A stretch of DNA of 64,000 nt from Eledone cirrhosa. Taxonomy: Eukaryota. The notes under the pieces are model-generated. The model searched no databases. It saw only the letters and a program-made list of their open reading frames with translations, and was not told the origin of the DNA. The translations under genes were made by a program, and so were the position numbers. Shown piece by piece: positions 39,301 through 57,300 of this stretch. The stretch covers positions 17,732,001-17,796,000 of the forward strand of contig OZ024765.1 of assembly GCA_964016885.1 (NCBI GenBank). The letters are read 5' to 3'. How positions within the stretch are numbered: position 1 is the first letter of the stretch; each line of letters opens with the position of its first letter.

Positions 39301-42300
39301 CACCTACACTACTACTACTATTACCACCACCTTGACTAGCACCAACACTACTACTACTATTACCACCACCTTGACTAGCACCAACACTACTACTACTATT
39401 ACCACCACCTTCACTAACACCTACACTATGACTACTACTACCTCCACCTAGACTAGCACCTACACTATTACTACTACTACCAACACCTTGACTAGCACCT
39501 ACACTATTACTACTACTACTACCACCACATTCACTAGCACCTACACTATTACTACTACTACCACCACCTAGAATAGCACCTACACTATTACTACTACCAC
39601 CTTGACTACCACCTACACTATTACTACTACTACCACCTTGATTAGAACATACACTATTATTACTACTACCACCACCTTGATTAGAACATATACTATTACT
39701 ACTACTACCACCTTTACTGGCACCTACACTATTACTATTACTACCCCACCTTGACTAGCAACTACTCTATTACCACTACTACTACCACCTTGACTAGCAC
39801 CTACTCTATTACTACTACTACCACCACCTTGACTAGCACCTACTCTATTACTACTACTACCACCACCTTGACTAGCACCTACACTATTACTACTACTACC
39901 ACCACCTTGACTAGCACCTACTCTATTACTACTACTACCACCACCTTGACTAGCACCTAAACTATTACTACTACTACCACCACCTTGACTAGCACCTACA
40001 CTATTACTACTACTACCAACACCTTGACTAGCACCTACACTATTACTACTACTACTACCACCACCTTCACTAGCACCTACACTATTACTACTACCACCAC
40101 TTTCACTAACACCTACACTATTACTACTACCACCACCTTCACTAGCACCTACAATATTACTACTACCACCACCTTGACTACCACCTACACTATCACTACT
40201 ACTACCACCACCTTGACTAGCACCTACACTACTAGTACTACCACCACCTTGACTAGCACCTACACTATTATTACTACTACCACCAACTTGACTAGCACCT
40301 ACACTATTACTACTACTACCACCACCTTGACTAGCCCTACTCTATTACTACTACTACCACCACCTTGACTAGCACCTACACTATTACTACTACTATCACC
40401 ACCTTGACTAGCACCTACACTATTACTACTACTACCACCACCTTGACTACCACCTACACTATCACTACTACTACCACCACCTTGACTAGCACCTACACTA
40501 CTAGTACTACCACCACCTTGACTAGCACCTACACTATTATTACTACTACCACCAACTTGACTAGCACCTACACTATTACTACTACTACCACCACCTTGAC
40601 TAGCCCTACTCTATTACTACTACTACCACCACCTTGACTAGCACCTACACTATTACTACTACTACCACCACCTTGACTAGCACCTACACTATTACTACTA
40701 CTACCACCACCTTGACTACCACCTACACTATCACTACTACTACCACCACCTTGACTAGCACCTACACTACTAGTACTACCACCACCTTGACTAGCACCTA
40801 CACTATTATTACTACTACCACCAACTTGACTAGCACCTACACTATTACTACTACTACCACCACCTTGACTAGCCCTACTCTATTACTACTACTACCACCA
40901 CCTTGACTAGCACCTACACTATTACTACTACTATCACCACCTTGACTAGCACCTACACTATTACCACTACTACCACCACCTTGATTAGCCCTACTCTATT
41001 ACTACTACTACCACCACTTTGACTAGCACCTGCACTATTACTACTACTATCACCACCTTGACTAGCACCTACACTGTTACCACTACTACCACCACCTTGA
41101 CTAACACCTACACTATTAAGGTGGTGGTAGTAGTAATAGTGTAGGTGCTAGTCAAGGTGGTGGTAGTAGTAGTAATAGAGTAGGGCTAGTCAAGGTAGTG
41201 GTAGTAGTGGTAATAGTGTAGGTGCTAGTCAAGGTGGTGGTAGTAGTAGTAATAGTGTAGTGCTAGTCAAGATGGTGGTAGTAGTAGTAATAGTGTAGGT
41301 GCTAGTCAAGGTGGTGGTAGTAGCACCTACACTATTACTACTACTACCACCTTGACTAGCACCTAAACTATTACTACTACTACAACCACCTTGACTAGCA
41401 CCTACACTATTACTACTACTACCACCACCTTGACTAGCACCTACACTATTACTACTACTACCACCACCTTGACTAGGAACTACACTATTACTACTACTAC
41501 TACCACCAACTTGACTAGGACCTACACTATTACTACTACTACCACCACCTTGACTAGCACCTACACTATTACTACTACTACTACCACCTTGACTAGCACC
41601 TACACTATTACTACTACTACCACCACCTTCACTACCACCTACACTATTACTACTACTACCACCACCTTGACTAGCACCTACACTATTACTACTACTACCA
41701 CCACCTTGACTAGCACCTACACTATTACTACTACTACCACCACCTTGATGTCACCTACACTATTACTACTACTACCACCACCACCTTGACAAGCACCTAC
41801 ACTATTACTACTACCACCACCTTGACTAGCACCTACACTATTACTACTACTACCACCACCTTGACTAGCACCTACACTATTACTACTACTACCACCACCT
41901 TGATGTCACCTACACTATTACTACTACTACCACCACCTTGACTAGCACCTACACTATCACTACTACTACCACCACCTTGATGTCACCTACACTATTACTA
42001 CTACTACCACCACCTTGACTAGCATCTACACTATTACTACTACTACCACCACCTTGACTAGCACCTACACTATTACTACTACTACCACCACCTTGACTAG
42101 CACCTACACTATTACTACTACTACCACCTTGACTACCACCTTCACTATTACCACTACTACCGCCACCTTGACTACTACCTACACTATTACTACCACAACC
42201 ACCACTTTGACTAGCGCCTACACTATTGCTACTACTACCAACACCTTGACTAGCACCTACACTATTACTACTACTACTAACACCTTGACTAGCACCTACA

Positions 42301-45300
42301 CTATTACTACTACCACCACTTTGACAAGCGCCTACACTATTGCTACTACTACCACCACCTTGACTAGCACCTACACTAATACTACTACTACCACCACCTT
42401 GACTAGCACCTACACTATTACTACTACTACCACCACCTTGATTAGCACCTACACTATTACTACTACTACCACCACCTTGACTAGCACCTACACTATTACC
42501 ACTACTACTACCACCTTGACTAGCACCTACACAATTAATAATACTACCATCACCTTGACTAGCACCTACACTACTACAACTACTACCACCAACTTTACTA
42601 CCACCTACACTATTACCACTACTATCACCAACATGACTAGCACCTACACTATTACTACTACCACCACCCTGACTAGCACCTACACTATTATCACTACTAC
42701 CACCACCTTGACTAGCACCTACACTATTACTACTACTACCACCTTGACTAGCACCTACACTATTACCACTACTACCACCACCTTCACTACCACCTACACT
42801 ATTACTACTACTTCGACCACCTTCACTACCACCTACACTATTACTACTACTACAAACACCTTCACTAGCACCTACACTATTACTACTACTACTACCACCT
42901 TGACTAGCACCTACACTACTGTTACTACTACCACCACCTTGACTAGCACCTACACTATTACTACTACTACCACCACCTTGACTAGCACCTACACTATTAC
43001 TACTACTACCACCACCTTCACTAGCACCTACACTATTACTACTACTACCCGCACCTTGACTAGCACCTACACTATTACTACTACTACCACCTTGACTAGC
43101 GCATACTCTATTACTACTACTACCACCTTGACTAGCACCTACACTATTACTACTACTACCCGCACCTTGACTAGCACCTACACTATTACTACTACTACCA
43201 CCTTGACTAGCACCTACACTATTACTACTACTACCACCTTGACTAGCACATACTCTATTACTACTACTACCTCCACCTAGACTAGCACCTACACTATTAC
43301 CACTACTACCACCACTTTGACTAGCACCTACACTATTACTACTACTACTACCACCTTGACTAGCACCTACACTATTACTACGACTATCACCACCTTGACT
43401 AGCACCTACACTATTACTACGACTATGAGCACCTTGACTAGCTCCTACACTATTACCACTACTACCACCATTTTGACTAGCACCTACACTATTACTGCTA
43501 CTACCACCACCTTGACTAGCCCTACACTATTACTACTACTACCTCCACCTAGACTAGCACCTACACTATTACCACTACTACCACCACCTTGACTAGCACC
43601 TACACTATAACTACTACTGCCACCACCTTGACTAGCCCTACACTATTACTACTACTACCACCACTTTGACTAGCACCTACACTATGACTACTACTACCAC
43701 CACCTTGACTAGCCCTACACTATTACTACTACTACCACCACCTTGACTAGCACCTACACTATGACTACTACTACCACCACCTTGACTAGCCCTACACTAT
43801 TACTACTACTACCACCACCTTCTGTAGCACCTACACTATTACTACTACCACCACCTTGACTAGCACCTACACTATTACTACTACCACCACCTTGACTAGC
43901 ACCTACACTATTACTACTACTACCACCACCTTGACTAGCATCTACACTATTACTACTACTACCACCACCTTGACTAGCACCTACACTACTGCTACTACTA
44001 CCAACACCTTGACTAGCACCTACACTATTACTACTACTACCACCACCTTGACTAGCATCTACACTATTACTACTACTACCACCACCTTGACTAGCACCTA
44101 CACTACTACTACTACTACCACCACCTTGACTAGCACCTACACTACTACTACTACTACCACCACCTTGACTAGCATCTACACTATTACTACTACTACCACC
44201 ACCTTGACTAGCACCTACACTACTACTACTACAACCACCTTGACTAGCACCTACACTATTACTACTACCACCACCTTGACTAGCACCTACAATATTACCA
44301 CTACTACTACCACCTTGACTAGCACCAACACTACTACTACTATTACCACCACCTTGACTAGCCCTACACTATGACTACTACTACCTCCACCTAGACTAGC
44401 ACCTACACTATTACTACTACTACCAACACCTTGACTAGCACCTACACTATTACTACTACTACTACCACCACATTCACTAGCACCTACACTATTACTACTA
44501 CTACCACCACCTAGAATAGCACCTACACTATTACTACTACCACCTTGACTACCACCTACACTATTACTACTACTACCACCTTGATTAGAACATACACTAT
44601 TATTACTACTACCACCACCTTGATTAGAACATATACTATTACTACTACTACCACCTTTACTGGCACCTACACTATTACTATTACTACCCCACCTTGACTA
44701 GCAACTACTCTATTACCACTACTACTACCACCTTGACTAGCACCTACTCTATTACTACTACTACCACCACCTTGACTAGCACCTACTCTATTACTACTAC
44801 TACCACCACCTTGACTAGCACCTACACTATTACTACTACTACCACCACCTTGACTAGCACCTACTCTATTACTACTACTACCACCACCTTGACTAGCACC
44901 TAAACTATTACTACTACTACCACCACCTTGACTAGCACCTACACTATTACTACTACTACCAACACCTTGACTAGCACCTACACTATTACTACTACTACTA
45001 CCACCACCTTCACTAGCACCTACACTATTACTACTACCACCACCTTCACTAGCACCTACAATATTACTACTACCACCACCTTGACTACCACCTACACTAT
45101 CACTACTACTACCACCACCTTGACTAGCACCTACACTACTAGTACTACCACCACCTTGACTAGCACCTACACTATTATTACTACTACCACCAACTTGACT
45201 AGCACCTACACTATTACTACTACTACCACCACCTTGACTAGCCCTACTCTATTACTACTACTACCACCACCTTGACTAGCACCTACACTATTACTACTAC

Positions 45301-48300
45301 TATCACCACCTTGACTAGCACCTACACTATTACCACTACTACCACCACCTTGATTAGCCCTACTCTATTACTACTACTACCACCACTTTGACTAGCACCT
45401 GCACTATTACTACTACTATCACCACCTTGACTAGCACCTACACTATTACCACTACTACCACCACCTTGACTAACACCTACACTATTAAGGTGGTGGTAGT
45501 AGTAATAGTGTAGGTGCTAGTCAAGGTGGTGGTAGTAGTAGTAATAGAGTAGGGCTAGTCAAGGTAGTGGTAGTAGTGGTAATAGTGTAGGTGCTAGTCA
45601 AGGTGGTGGTAGTAGTAGTAATAGTGTAGCGCTAGTCAAGATGGTGGTAGTAGTAGTAATAGTGTAGGTGCTAGTCAAGGTGGTGGTAGTAGCACCTACA
45701 CTATTACTACTACTACCACCTTGACTAGCACCTAAACTATTACTACTACTACAACCACCTTGACTAGCACCTACACTATTACTACTACTACCACCACCTT
45801 GACTAGCACCTTCACTATTACCACTACTACCGCCACCTTGACTACTACCTACACTATTACTACCACAACCACCACTTTGACTAGCGCCTACACTATTGCT
45901 ACTACTACCAACACCTTGACTAGCACCTACACTATTACTACTACTACTAACACCTTGACTAGCACCTACACTATTACTACTACCACCACTTTGACAAGCG
46001 CTCACTATTGCTACTACTACCACCACCTTGACTAGCACCTACACTAATACTACTACTACCACCACCTTGACTAGCACCTACACTATTACTACTACTACCA
46101 CCACCTTGATTAGCACCTACACTATTACTACTACTACCACCACCTTGATTAGCACCTACACTATTACTACTACTACCACCACCTTGACTAGCACCTACAC
46201 TATTACTACTACTACCACCACCTTGACTAGCACCTACACTATTACCACTACTACCACCACCTTGACTAGCACCTACACTATTACTACTACTACCACCACC
46301 TTGACTAGCACCTACACTAATACTACTACTACCACCACCTTGATTAGCACCTACACTATTACTACTACTACCACCACCTTGATTAGCACCTACACTATTA
46401 CTACTACTACCACCACCTTGACTAGCACCTACACTATTACTACTACTACCACCACCTTGACTAGCACCTACACTATTACTACTACTACCACCACCTTGAC
46501 TAGCACCTACACTAATACTACTACTACCACCACCTTGACTAGCACCTACACTATTACGACTACTACCACCACCTTGACTAGCACCTACACTATTACCACT
46601 ACTACCACCACCTTGACTAGCACCTACACTATTACTACTACTACCACCACCTTGACTAGCACCTACACTAATACTACTACTACCACCACCTTGACTAGCA
46701 CCTACACTATTACTACTACTACCACCACCTTGACTAGCACCTACACTATTACTACTACTACCACCACCTTGACTAGCATCTACACTATTACTACTACTAC
46801 CTCCACCTTGACTAACACCTACACTATTACTACTACTACCACAACCTTGACTAGCACCTACACTGTTACCACTACCACCACCACCTTGACAAGCACCTAC
46901 ACTATTACTACTACTACTAACACCACCTTGACTACCACCTACACTATTACTACTACTAGCACCACCTTGACTACCACCTACTCTATTACCACTACTACCA
47001 CCACCTTGACTAGAACCTACACTATTACTACTACTACCACCACCTTCACTAACACCTACACTATTACTACTACTACCACCACCTTGCCTAGCACCTACAC
47101 TATTACTACTACTACCACCACCTTCACTAACACCTACACTATTACTACTACTACCACCACCTTCACTAACACCTACACTATTACTACTACTACCACCACC
47201 TTCACTAACACCTACACTATTACTACTACTACCACCACCTTGCCTAGCACCTACACTATTACTACTACTACCACCACCTTGACTAGCACCTACACTATTA
47301 CTACTACTACCACCACCTTCACTAACACCTACACTATTACTACTACTACCACCACCTTCACTAACACCTACACTATTACTACTACTACCACCACCTTCAC
47401 TAACACCTACACTATTACTACTACTACCACCACCTTGACTAGCACCTACACTATTACTACTACTACCACCACCTTCACTAACACCTACACTATTACTACT
47501 ACTACTACCACCACCTTCACTAACACGTACACTATTACTACTACTACCACCACCTTGACTAGCACCTACACTATTACTACTACTACCACCACCTTCACTA
47601 ACACCTAAACTATTACTACTACTACCACCACCTTCACTAACACCTACACTATTACTACTACTACCACCACCTTGACTAGCACCTACACTATTACTACTAC
47701 TACCACCACCTTGACTAGCACCTACACTATTACTACTACTACCACCACCTTCACTAACACCTACACTATTACTACTACTACCACCACCTTGACTAGCACC
47801 TACACTATTACTACTACTACCACCACCTTCACTAACACCTACACTATTACTACTACTACCACCACCTTGACTAGCACCTACACTATTACTACTACTACCA
47901 CCACCTTGACTAGCACCTACACTATTACTACTACTACCACCACCTTCACTAACACCTACACTATTACTACTACTACCACCACCTTGACTAGCACCTACAC
48001 TATTACTACTACTACCACCACCTTGACTAGCACCTACACTATTAAGGTGGTGGTAGTAGTGGTAATAGTGTAGGGGCTAGTTAAGGTGGTGGTAGTAGTG
48101 GTAATAGTGTAGGTGCTAGTCAAGGTGGTGGTAGTAGCACCTACACTATTACTACTACCACCTTGACTAGCACCTACACTATTACTACTACTACCACCAT
48201 CTAGACTAGCACCTACACTAATACTACTACTACCACCACCTTGACTAGCACCTACACTATTACCACTACTACCACCACCTTGACTAGCACCTACACTATT

Positions 48301-51300
48301 ACTACTACTACCACCACCGCCTTGACTAGCACCTACACTACTACTACTACTACTGCTAGCACCACCTTGACTAGCACCTACACTATTACTACTACTAGCA
48401 CCACCTTGACTAGCACCTACACTATTACTACTACTACTACCACCTTGACTAGCACCTACACTATTACTACTACTACTAAAACCTTGACTAGCACCTACAC
48501 TATTACCACTACTACCACCTTGACTAGCACCTACACTATTACTACTACCACCACCTTGACTAGCACCTACACTATTACTACTACCACCTTGACTAGCACC
48601 TACACAATTACTACTACTACCACCACCTTGACTATCACCTACACTATTACTACTACTACCACCACCTTAACTAGCACCTACACTATTACTACTACTACTA
48701 CCACCTTGACTAGCACCTACACTATTACTACTACTACCACCACTTTGACTAGCACCTACACTATTATTACTACTACTACCACCTTGACTAGTACCTACAC
48801 TATTACTACTACTACCACCACCTTGACTAGCACCTACACTATTACTACTACTACAACCACCTTGACTAGTACCTACACTATTACTACTACTACCACCACC
48901 TTGACTAGCACCTACACTATTACTACTACTACTACCACCTTGACTAGCACCTACACTATTACTACTACTACCACCACCTTGACTAGCACCTACACTATTA
49001 CTACTACTACCACCACCTTGACTAGCACCTACACTATTACCACTACTACTACCACCTTGACTAGCACCTACACTATTACTACTACTACCACCTTGACTAC
49101 CACCTACACTATTACTACTACTACCACCACTTTGACTAGCACCTACACTATTACTACTACTACCACCACCTTGACTAGCACCTACACTATTACCACTACT
49201 ACCACCACCTTGACTAGCACCTACGCTATTACTACTACTACCACCACCTTGACTAGCACCTACACTATTACTACTACTACCACCACCTTGACTAGCACCT
49301 ACACTATTACTACTACCACCACCTTGACTAGCACCTACACTATTACCACTACTACCACTACCTTGACTAGCACCTACACTATTACCACTACTACCACTAC
49401 CTTGACTAGCACATACACTATTACTACTACTACCACCTTGACTACCACCTACACTATTACTACTACTACCACCTTGACTACCACCTACACTATTACTACT
49501 ACTACCACCACCTTGACTAGCACCTACACTATTACCACTACTACCACCTTGCCTAGCACCTACACAATTAATAATACTACCACCACCTTGACTAGCACCT
49601 ACACTATTACTACTACTACCACAACCTTGACTAGCACCTACACTATTACCACAACTACCACCACCTTGACTAGCACCTACACTATTATCACTACTACCAC
49701 CTTGACTAGCACCTACACAATTAATAATACTACCATCACCTTGACTAGCACCTACACTATTACAACTACTACCACCAACTTTACTACCACCTACACTATT
49801 ACCACTACTATCACCAACATGACTAGCACCTACACTATTACTACTACCACCACCCTGACTAGCACCTACACTATTATCACTACTACCACCACCTTGACTA
49901 GCACCTACACTATTACTACTACTACCACCTTAACTAGCACCTACACTATTACTACTACTACTACCACCTTGACTAGCACCTACACTATTACCACTACTAC
50001 CACCACCTTCACTACCACCTACACTATTACTACTACTTCGACCACCTTCACTACCACCTACACTATTACTACTACTACAAACACCTTCACTAGCACCTAC
50101 ACTATTACTACTACTACTACCACCTTGACTAGCACCTACACTACTGTTACTACTACCACCACCTTGACTAGCACCTACACTATTACTACTACTACCACCA
50201 CCTTGACTAGCACCTACACTATTACTACTACTACCACCACCTTCACTAGCACCTACACTATTACTACTACTACCCGCACCTTGACTAGCACCTACACTAT
50301 TACTACTACTACCACCTTGACTAGCGCATACTCTATTACTACTACTACCACCTTGACTAGCACCTACACTATTACTACTACTACCCGCACCTTGACTAGC
50401 ACCTACACTATTACTACTACTACCACCTTGACTAGCACCTACACTATTACTACTACTACCACCTTGACTAGCACATACTCTATTACTACTACTACCTCCA
50501 CCTAGACTAGCACCTACACTATTACCACTACTACCACCACTTTGACTAGCACCTACACTATTACTACTACTACTACCACCTTGACTAGCACCTACACTAT
50601 TACTACGACTATCACCACCTTGACTAGCACCTACACTATTACTACGACTATGAGCACCTTGACTAGCTCCTACACTATTACCACTACTACCACCATTTTG
50701 ACTAGCACCTACACTATTACTGCTACTACCACCACCTTGACTAGCCCTACACTATAACTACTACTGCCACCACCTTGACTAGCCCTACACTATTACTACT
50801 ACTACCACCACTTTGACTAGCACCTACACTATGACTACTACTACCACCACCTTGACTAGCCCTACACTAATACTACTACTACCACCACCTTGACTAGCAC
50901 CTACACTATGACTACTACTACCACCACCTTGACTAGCCCTACACTATTACTACTACTACCACCACCTTCAGTAGCACCTACACTATTACTACTACCACCA
51001 CCTTGACTAGCACCTACACTATTACTACTACCACCACCTTGACTAGCACCTACACTATTACTACTACTACCACCACCTTGACTAGCATCTACACTATTAC
51101 TACTACTACCACCACCTTGACTAGCACCTACACTACTGCTACTACTACCAACACCTTGACTAGCACCTACACTATTACTACTACTACCACCACCTTGACT
51201 AGCATCTACACTATTACTACTACTACCACCACCTTGACTAGCACCTACACTACTACTACTACTACCACCACCTTGACTAGCACCTACACTACTACTACTA

Positions 51301-54300
51301 CTACCACCACCTTGACTAGCATCTACACTATTACTACTACTACCACCACCTTGACTAGCACCTACACTACTACTACTACTACCACCACCTTGACTAGCAC
51401 CTACACTATTACTACTACCACCACCTTGACTAGCACCTACAATATTACCACTACTACTACCACCTTGACTAGCACCAACACTACTACTACTATTACCACC
51501 ACCTTGACTAGCCCTACACTATGACTACTACTACCTCCACCTAGACTAGCACCTACACTATTACTACTACTACCAACACCTTGACTAGCACCTACACTAT
51601 TACTACTACTACTACCACCACATTCACTAGCACCTACACTATTACTACTACTACCACCACCTAGAATAGCACCTACACTATTACTACTACCACCTTGACT
51701 ACCACCTACACTATTACTACTACTACCACCTTGATTAGAACATACACTATTATTACTACTACCACCACCTTGATTAGAACATATACTATTACTACTACTA
51801 CCACCTTTACTGGCACCTACACTATTACTATTACTACCCCACCTTGACTAGCAACTACTCTATTACCACTACTACTACCACCTTGACTAGCACCTACTCT
51901 ATTACTACTACTACCACCACCTTGACTAGCACCTACTCTATTACTACTACTACCACCACCTTGACTAGCACCTACACTATTACTACTACTACCACCACCT
52001 TGACTAGCACCTACTCTATTACTACTACTACCACCACCTTGACTAGCACCTAAACTATTACTACTACTACCACCACCTTGACTAGCACCTACACTATTAC
52101 TACTACTACCAACACCTTGACTAGCACCTACACTATTACTACTACTACTACCACCACCTTCACTAGCACCTACACTATTACTACTACCACCACTTTCACT
52201 AACACCTACACTATTACTACTACCACCACCTTCACTAGCACCTACAATATTACTACTACCACCACCTTGACTACCACCTACACTATCACTACTACTACCA
52301 CCACCTTGACTAGCACCTACACTACTAGTACTACCACCACCTTGACTAGCACCTACACTATTATTACTACTACCACCAACTTGACTAGCACCTACACTAT
52401 TACTACTACTACCACCACCTTGACTAGCCCTACTCTATTACTACTACTACCACCACCTTGACTAGCACCTACACTATTACTACTACTATCACCACCTTGA
52501 CTAGCACCTACACTATTACCACTACTACCACCACCTTGATTAGCCCTACTCTATTACTACTACTACCACCACTTTGACTAGCACCTGCACTATTACTACT
52601 ACTACCACCACCTTGACTAACACCTACACTATTAAGGTGGTGGTAGTAGTAATAGTGTAGGTGCTAGTCAAGGTGGTGGTAGTAGTAGTAATAGAGTAGG
52701 GCTAGTCAAGGTAGTGGTAGTAGTGGTAATAGTGTAGGTGCTAGTCAAGGTGGTGGTAGTAGTAGTAATAGTGTAGTGCTAGTCAAGATGGTGGTAGTAG
52801 TAGTAATAGTGTAGGTGCTAGTCAAGGTGGTGGTAGTAGCACCTACACTATTACTACTACTACCACCTTGACTAGCACCTAAACTATTACTACTACTACA
52901 ACCACCTTGACTAGCACCTACACTATTACTACTACTACCACCACCTTGACTAGCACCTACACTATTACTACTACTACCACCACCTTGACTAGGAACTACA
53001 CTATTACTACTACTACTACCACCAACTTGACTAGGACCTACACTATTACTACTACTACCACCACCTTGACTAGCACCTACACTATTACTACTACTACTAC
53101 CACCTTGACTAGCACCTACACTATTACTACTACTACCACCACCTTCACTACCACCTACACTATTACTACTACTACCACCACCTTGACTAGCACCTACACT
53201 ATTACTACTACTACCACCACCTTGATGTCACCTACACTATTACTACTACTAGCACCTCCACCTTGACAAGCACCTACACTATTACTACTACCACCACCTT
53301 GACTAGCACCTACACTATTACTACTACTACCACCACCTTGATGTCACCTACACTATTACTACTACTACCACCACCTTGATGTCACCTACACTATTACTAC
53401 TACTACCACCACCTTGACTAGCACCTACACTATTACTACTACTACCACCACCTTGATGTCACCTACACTATTACTACTACTACCACCACCTTGACTAGCA
53501 CCTACACTATCACTACTACTACCACCACCTTGATGTCACCTACACTATTACTACTACTACCACCACCTTGACTAGCATCTACACTATTACTACTACTACC
53601 ACCACCTTGACTAGCACCTACACTATTACTACTACTACCACCACCTTGACTAGCACCTACGCTATTACTACTACTACCACCACCTTGACTAGCACCTACA
53701 CTATTACTACTACTACCACCACCTTGACTAGCACCTACACTATTACTACTACCACCACCTTGACTAGCACCTACACTATTACCACTACTACCACTACCTT
53801 GACTAGCACATACACTATTACTACTACTACCACCTTGACTACCACCTACACTATTACTACTACTACCACCTTGACTACCACCTACACTATTACTACTACT
53901 ACCACCACCTTGACTAGCACCTACACTATTACCACTACTACCACCTTGCCTAGCACCTACACAATTAATAATACTACCACCACCTTGACTAGCACCTACA
54001 CTATTACTACTACTACCACAACCTTGACTAGCACCTACACTATTACCACAACTACCACCACCTTGACTAGCACCTACACTATTATCACTACTACCACCTT
54101 GACTAGCACCTACACAATTAATAATACTACCATCACCTTGACTAGCACCTACACTATTACAACTACTACCACCAACTTTACTACCACCTACACTATTACC
54201 ACTACTATCACCAACATGACTAGCACCTACACTATTACTACTACCACCACCCTGACTAGCACCTACACTATTATCACTACTACCACCACCTTGACTAGCA

Positions 54301-57300
54301 CCTACACTATTACTACTACTACCACCTTGACTAGCACCTACACTATTACCACTACTACCACCACCTTCACTACCACCTACACTATTACTACTACTTCGAC
54401 CACCTTCACTACCACCTACACTATTACTACTACTACAAACACCTTCACTAGCACCTACACTATTACTACTACTACTACCACCTTGACTAGCACCTACACT
54501 ACTGTTACTACTACCACCACCTTGACTAGCACCTACACTATTACTACTACTACCACCACCTTGACTAGCACCTACACTATTACTACTACTACCACCACCT
54601 TCACTAGCACCTACACTATTACTACTACTACCACCACCTTCACTAGCACCTACACTATTACCACTACTACCACCACCTTCACTACCACCTACACTATTAC
54701 TACTACTTCGACCACCTTCACTACCACCTACACTATTACTACTACTACAAACACCTTCACTAGCACCTACACTATTACTACTACTACTACCACCTTGACT
54801 AGCACCTACACTACTGTTACTACTACCACCACCTTGACTAGCACCTACACTATTACTACTACTACCACCACCTTGACTAGCACCTACACTATTACTACTA
54901 CTACCCGCACCTTGACTAGCACCTACACTATTACTACTACTACCACCTTGACTAGCGCATACTCTATTACTACTACTACCACCTTGACTAGCACCTACAC
55001 TATTACTACTACTACCCGCACCTTGACTAGCACCTACACTATTACTACTACTACCACCTTGACTAGCACCTACACTATTACCACTACTACCTCCACTTTG
55101 ACTAGCACCTACACTATTACTACTACTACTACCACCTTGACTAGCACCTACACTATTACTACGACTATCACCACCTTGACTAGCACCTACACTATTACTA
55201 CGACTATGAGCACCTTGACTAGCTCCTACACTATTACCACTACTACCACCATTTTGACTAGCACCTACACTATTACTGCTACTACCACCACCTTGACTAG
55301 CCCTACACTATAACTACTACTGCCACCACCTTGACTAGCCCTACACTATTACTACTACTACCACCACTTTGACTAGCACCTACACTATGACTACTACTAC
55401 CACCACCTTGACTAGCCCTACACTATTACTACTACTACCACCACCTTGACTAGCACCTACACTATGACTACTACTACCACCACCTTGACTAGCCCTACAC
55501 TATTACTACTACTACCACCACCTTCAGTAGCACCTACACTATTACTACTACCACCACCTTGACTAGCACCTACACTATTACTACTACCACCACCTTGACT
55601 AGCACCTACACTATTACTACTACTACCACCACCTTGACTAGCATCTACACTATTACTACTACTACCACCACCTTGACTAGCACCTACACTACTGCTACTA
55701 CTACCAACACCTTGACTAGCACCTACACTATTACTACTACTACCACCACCTTGACTAGCATCTACACTATTACTACTACTACCACCACCTTGACTAGCAC
55801 CTACACTACTACTACTACTACCACCACCTTGACTAGCACCTACACTACTACTACTACTACCACCACCTTGACTAGCATCTACACTATTACTACTACTACC
55901 ACCACCTTGACTAGCACCTACACTACTACTACTACTACCACCACCTTGACTAGCACCTACACTATTACTACTACCACCACCTTGACTAGCACCTACAATA
56001 TTACCACTACTACTACCACCTTGACTAGCACCAACACTACTACTACTATTACCACCACCTTGACTAGCCCTACACTATGACTACTACTACCTCCACCTAG
56101 ACTAGCACCTACACTATTACTACTACTACCAACACCTTGACTAGCACCTACACTATTACTACTACTACTACCACCACATTCACTAGCACCTACACTATTA
56201 CTACTACTACCACCACCTAGAATAGCACCTACACTATTACTACTACCACCTTGACTAGCACCTACACTATTACTACTACTACAACCACCTTGACTAGCAC
56301 CTACACTATTACTACTACTACCACCACCTTGACTAGGAACTACACTATTACTACTACTACCACCAACTTGACTAGGACCTACACTATTACTACTACTACC
56401 ACCACCTTCACTAGTACCTACACTAATACTACTACTACCACAACCTTGACTAGCACCTACACTATTACTACTACTACCACCAACTTGACTAGGACCTACA
56501 CTATTACTACTACTACCACCACCTTGACTAGTACCTACACTAATACTACTACTACCACAACCTTGACTAGCACCTACACTATTACTACTACTACCACCTT
56601 GACTAGCACCTACACTATTACCACTACTACCACCACCTTGACTAGTACCTACACTATTACCACTACTACCACAACCTTGACTAGCACCTACACTATTACT
56701 ACTACTACCACCTTGACTAGCACCTACACTATTACTACTACTACCACCACCTTGACTAGCACCTACACTATTACTACTACTACTACCACCACCTTTTCTA
56801 GCACCTACACTATTACTACTACTACCACCACCTTGACTAGCACCTACACTATTACTACTACTACCACCACCTTGACTAGCACCTACACTATTACTACTAC
56901 TACCACCACTTTGAATACCCCCTACACTATTACCACTACTATCACCAACTCTACTGGCACCTACACTATTACTACTACTACCACCACCTTGATGTCACCT
57001 ACACTATTACCACAACTACCACCACCCTGACTAGCACCTACACTATTACCACTACTACCACCAACTTGACTACCACCTACACTATTACTACTACTGCCAC
57101 CACCTTGACTAGCACCTACACTATTACTACTACCACCACCACCTTGACTAGCACCTACACTATTACCACTACTACCACCTTGACTAGCACCTACACTACT
57201 ATTACTACTACTACTATCACCACCTTGACTAGCACCTACACTATTACCACTACTACCACCTTGAGTAGCACCTACACTACTATTACTACTACTACCACCA

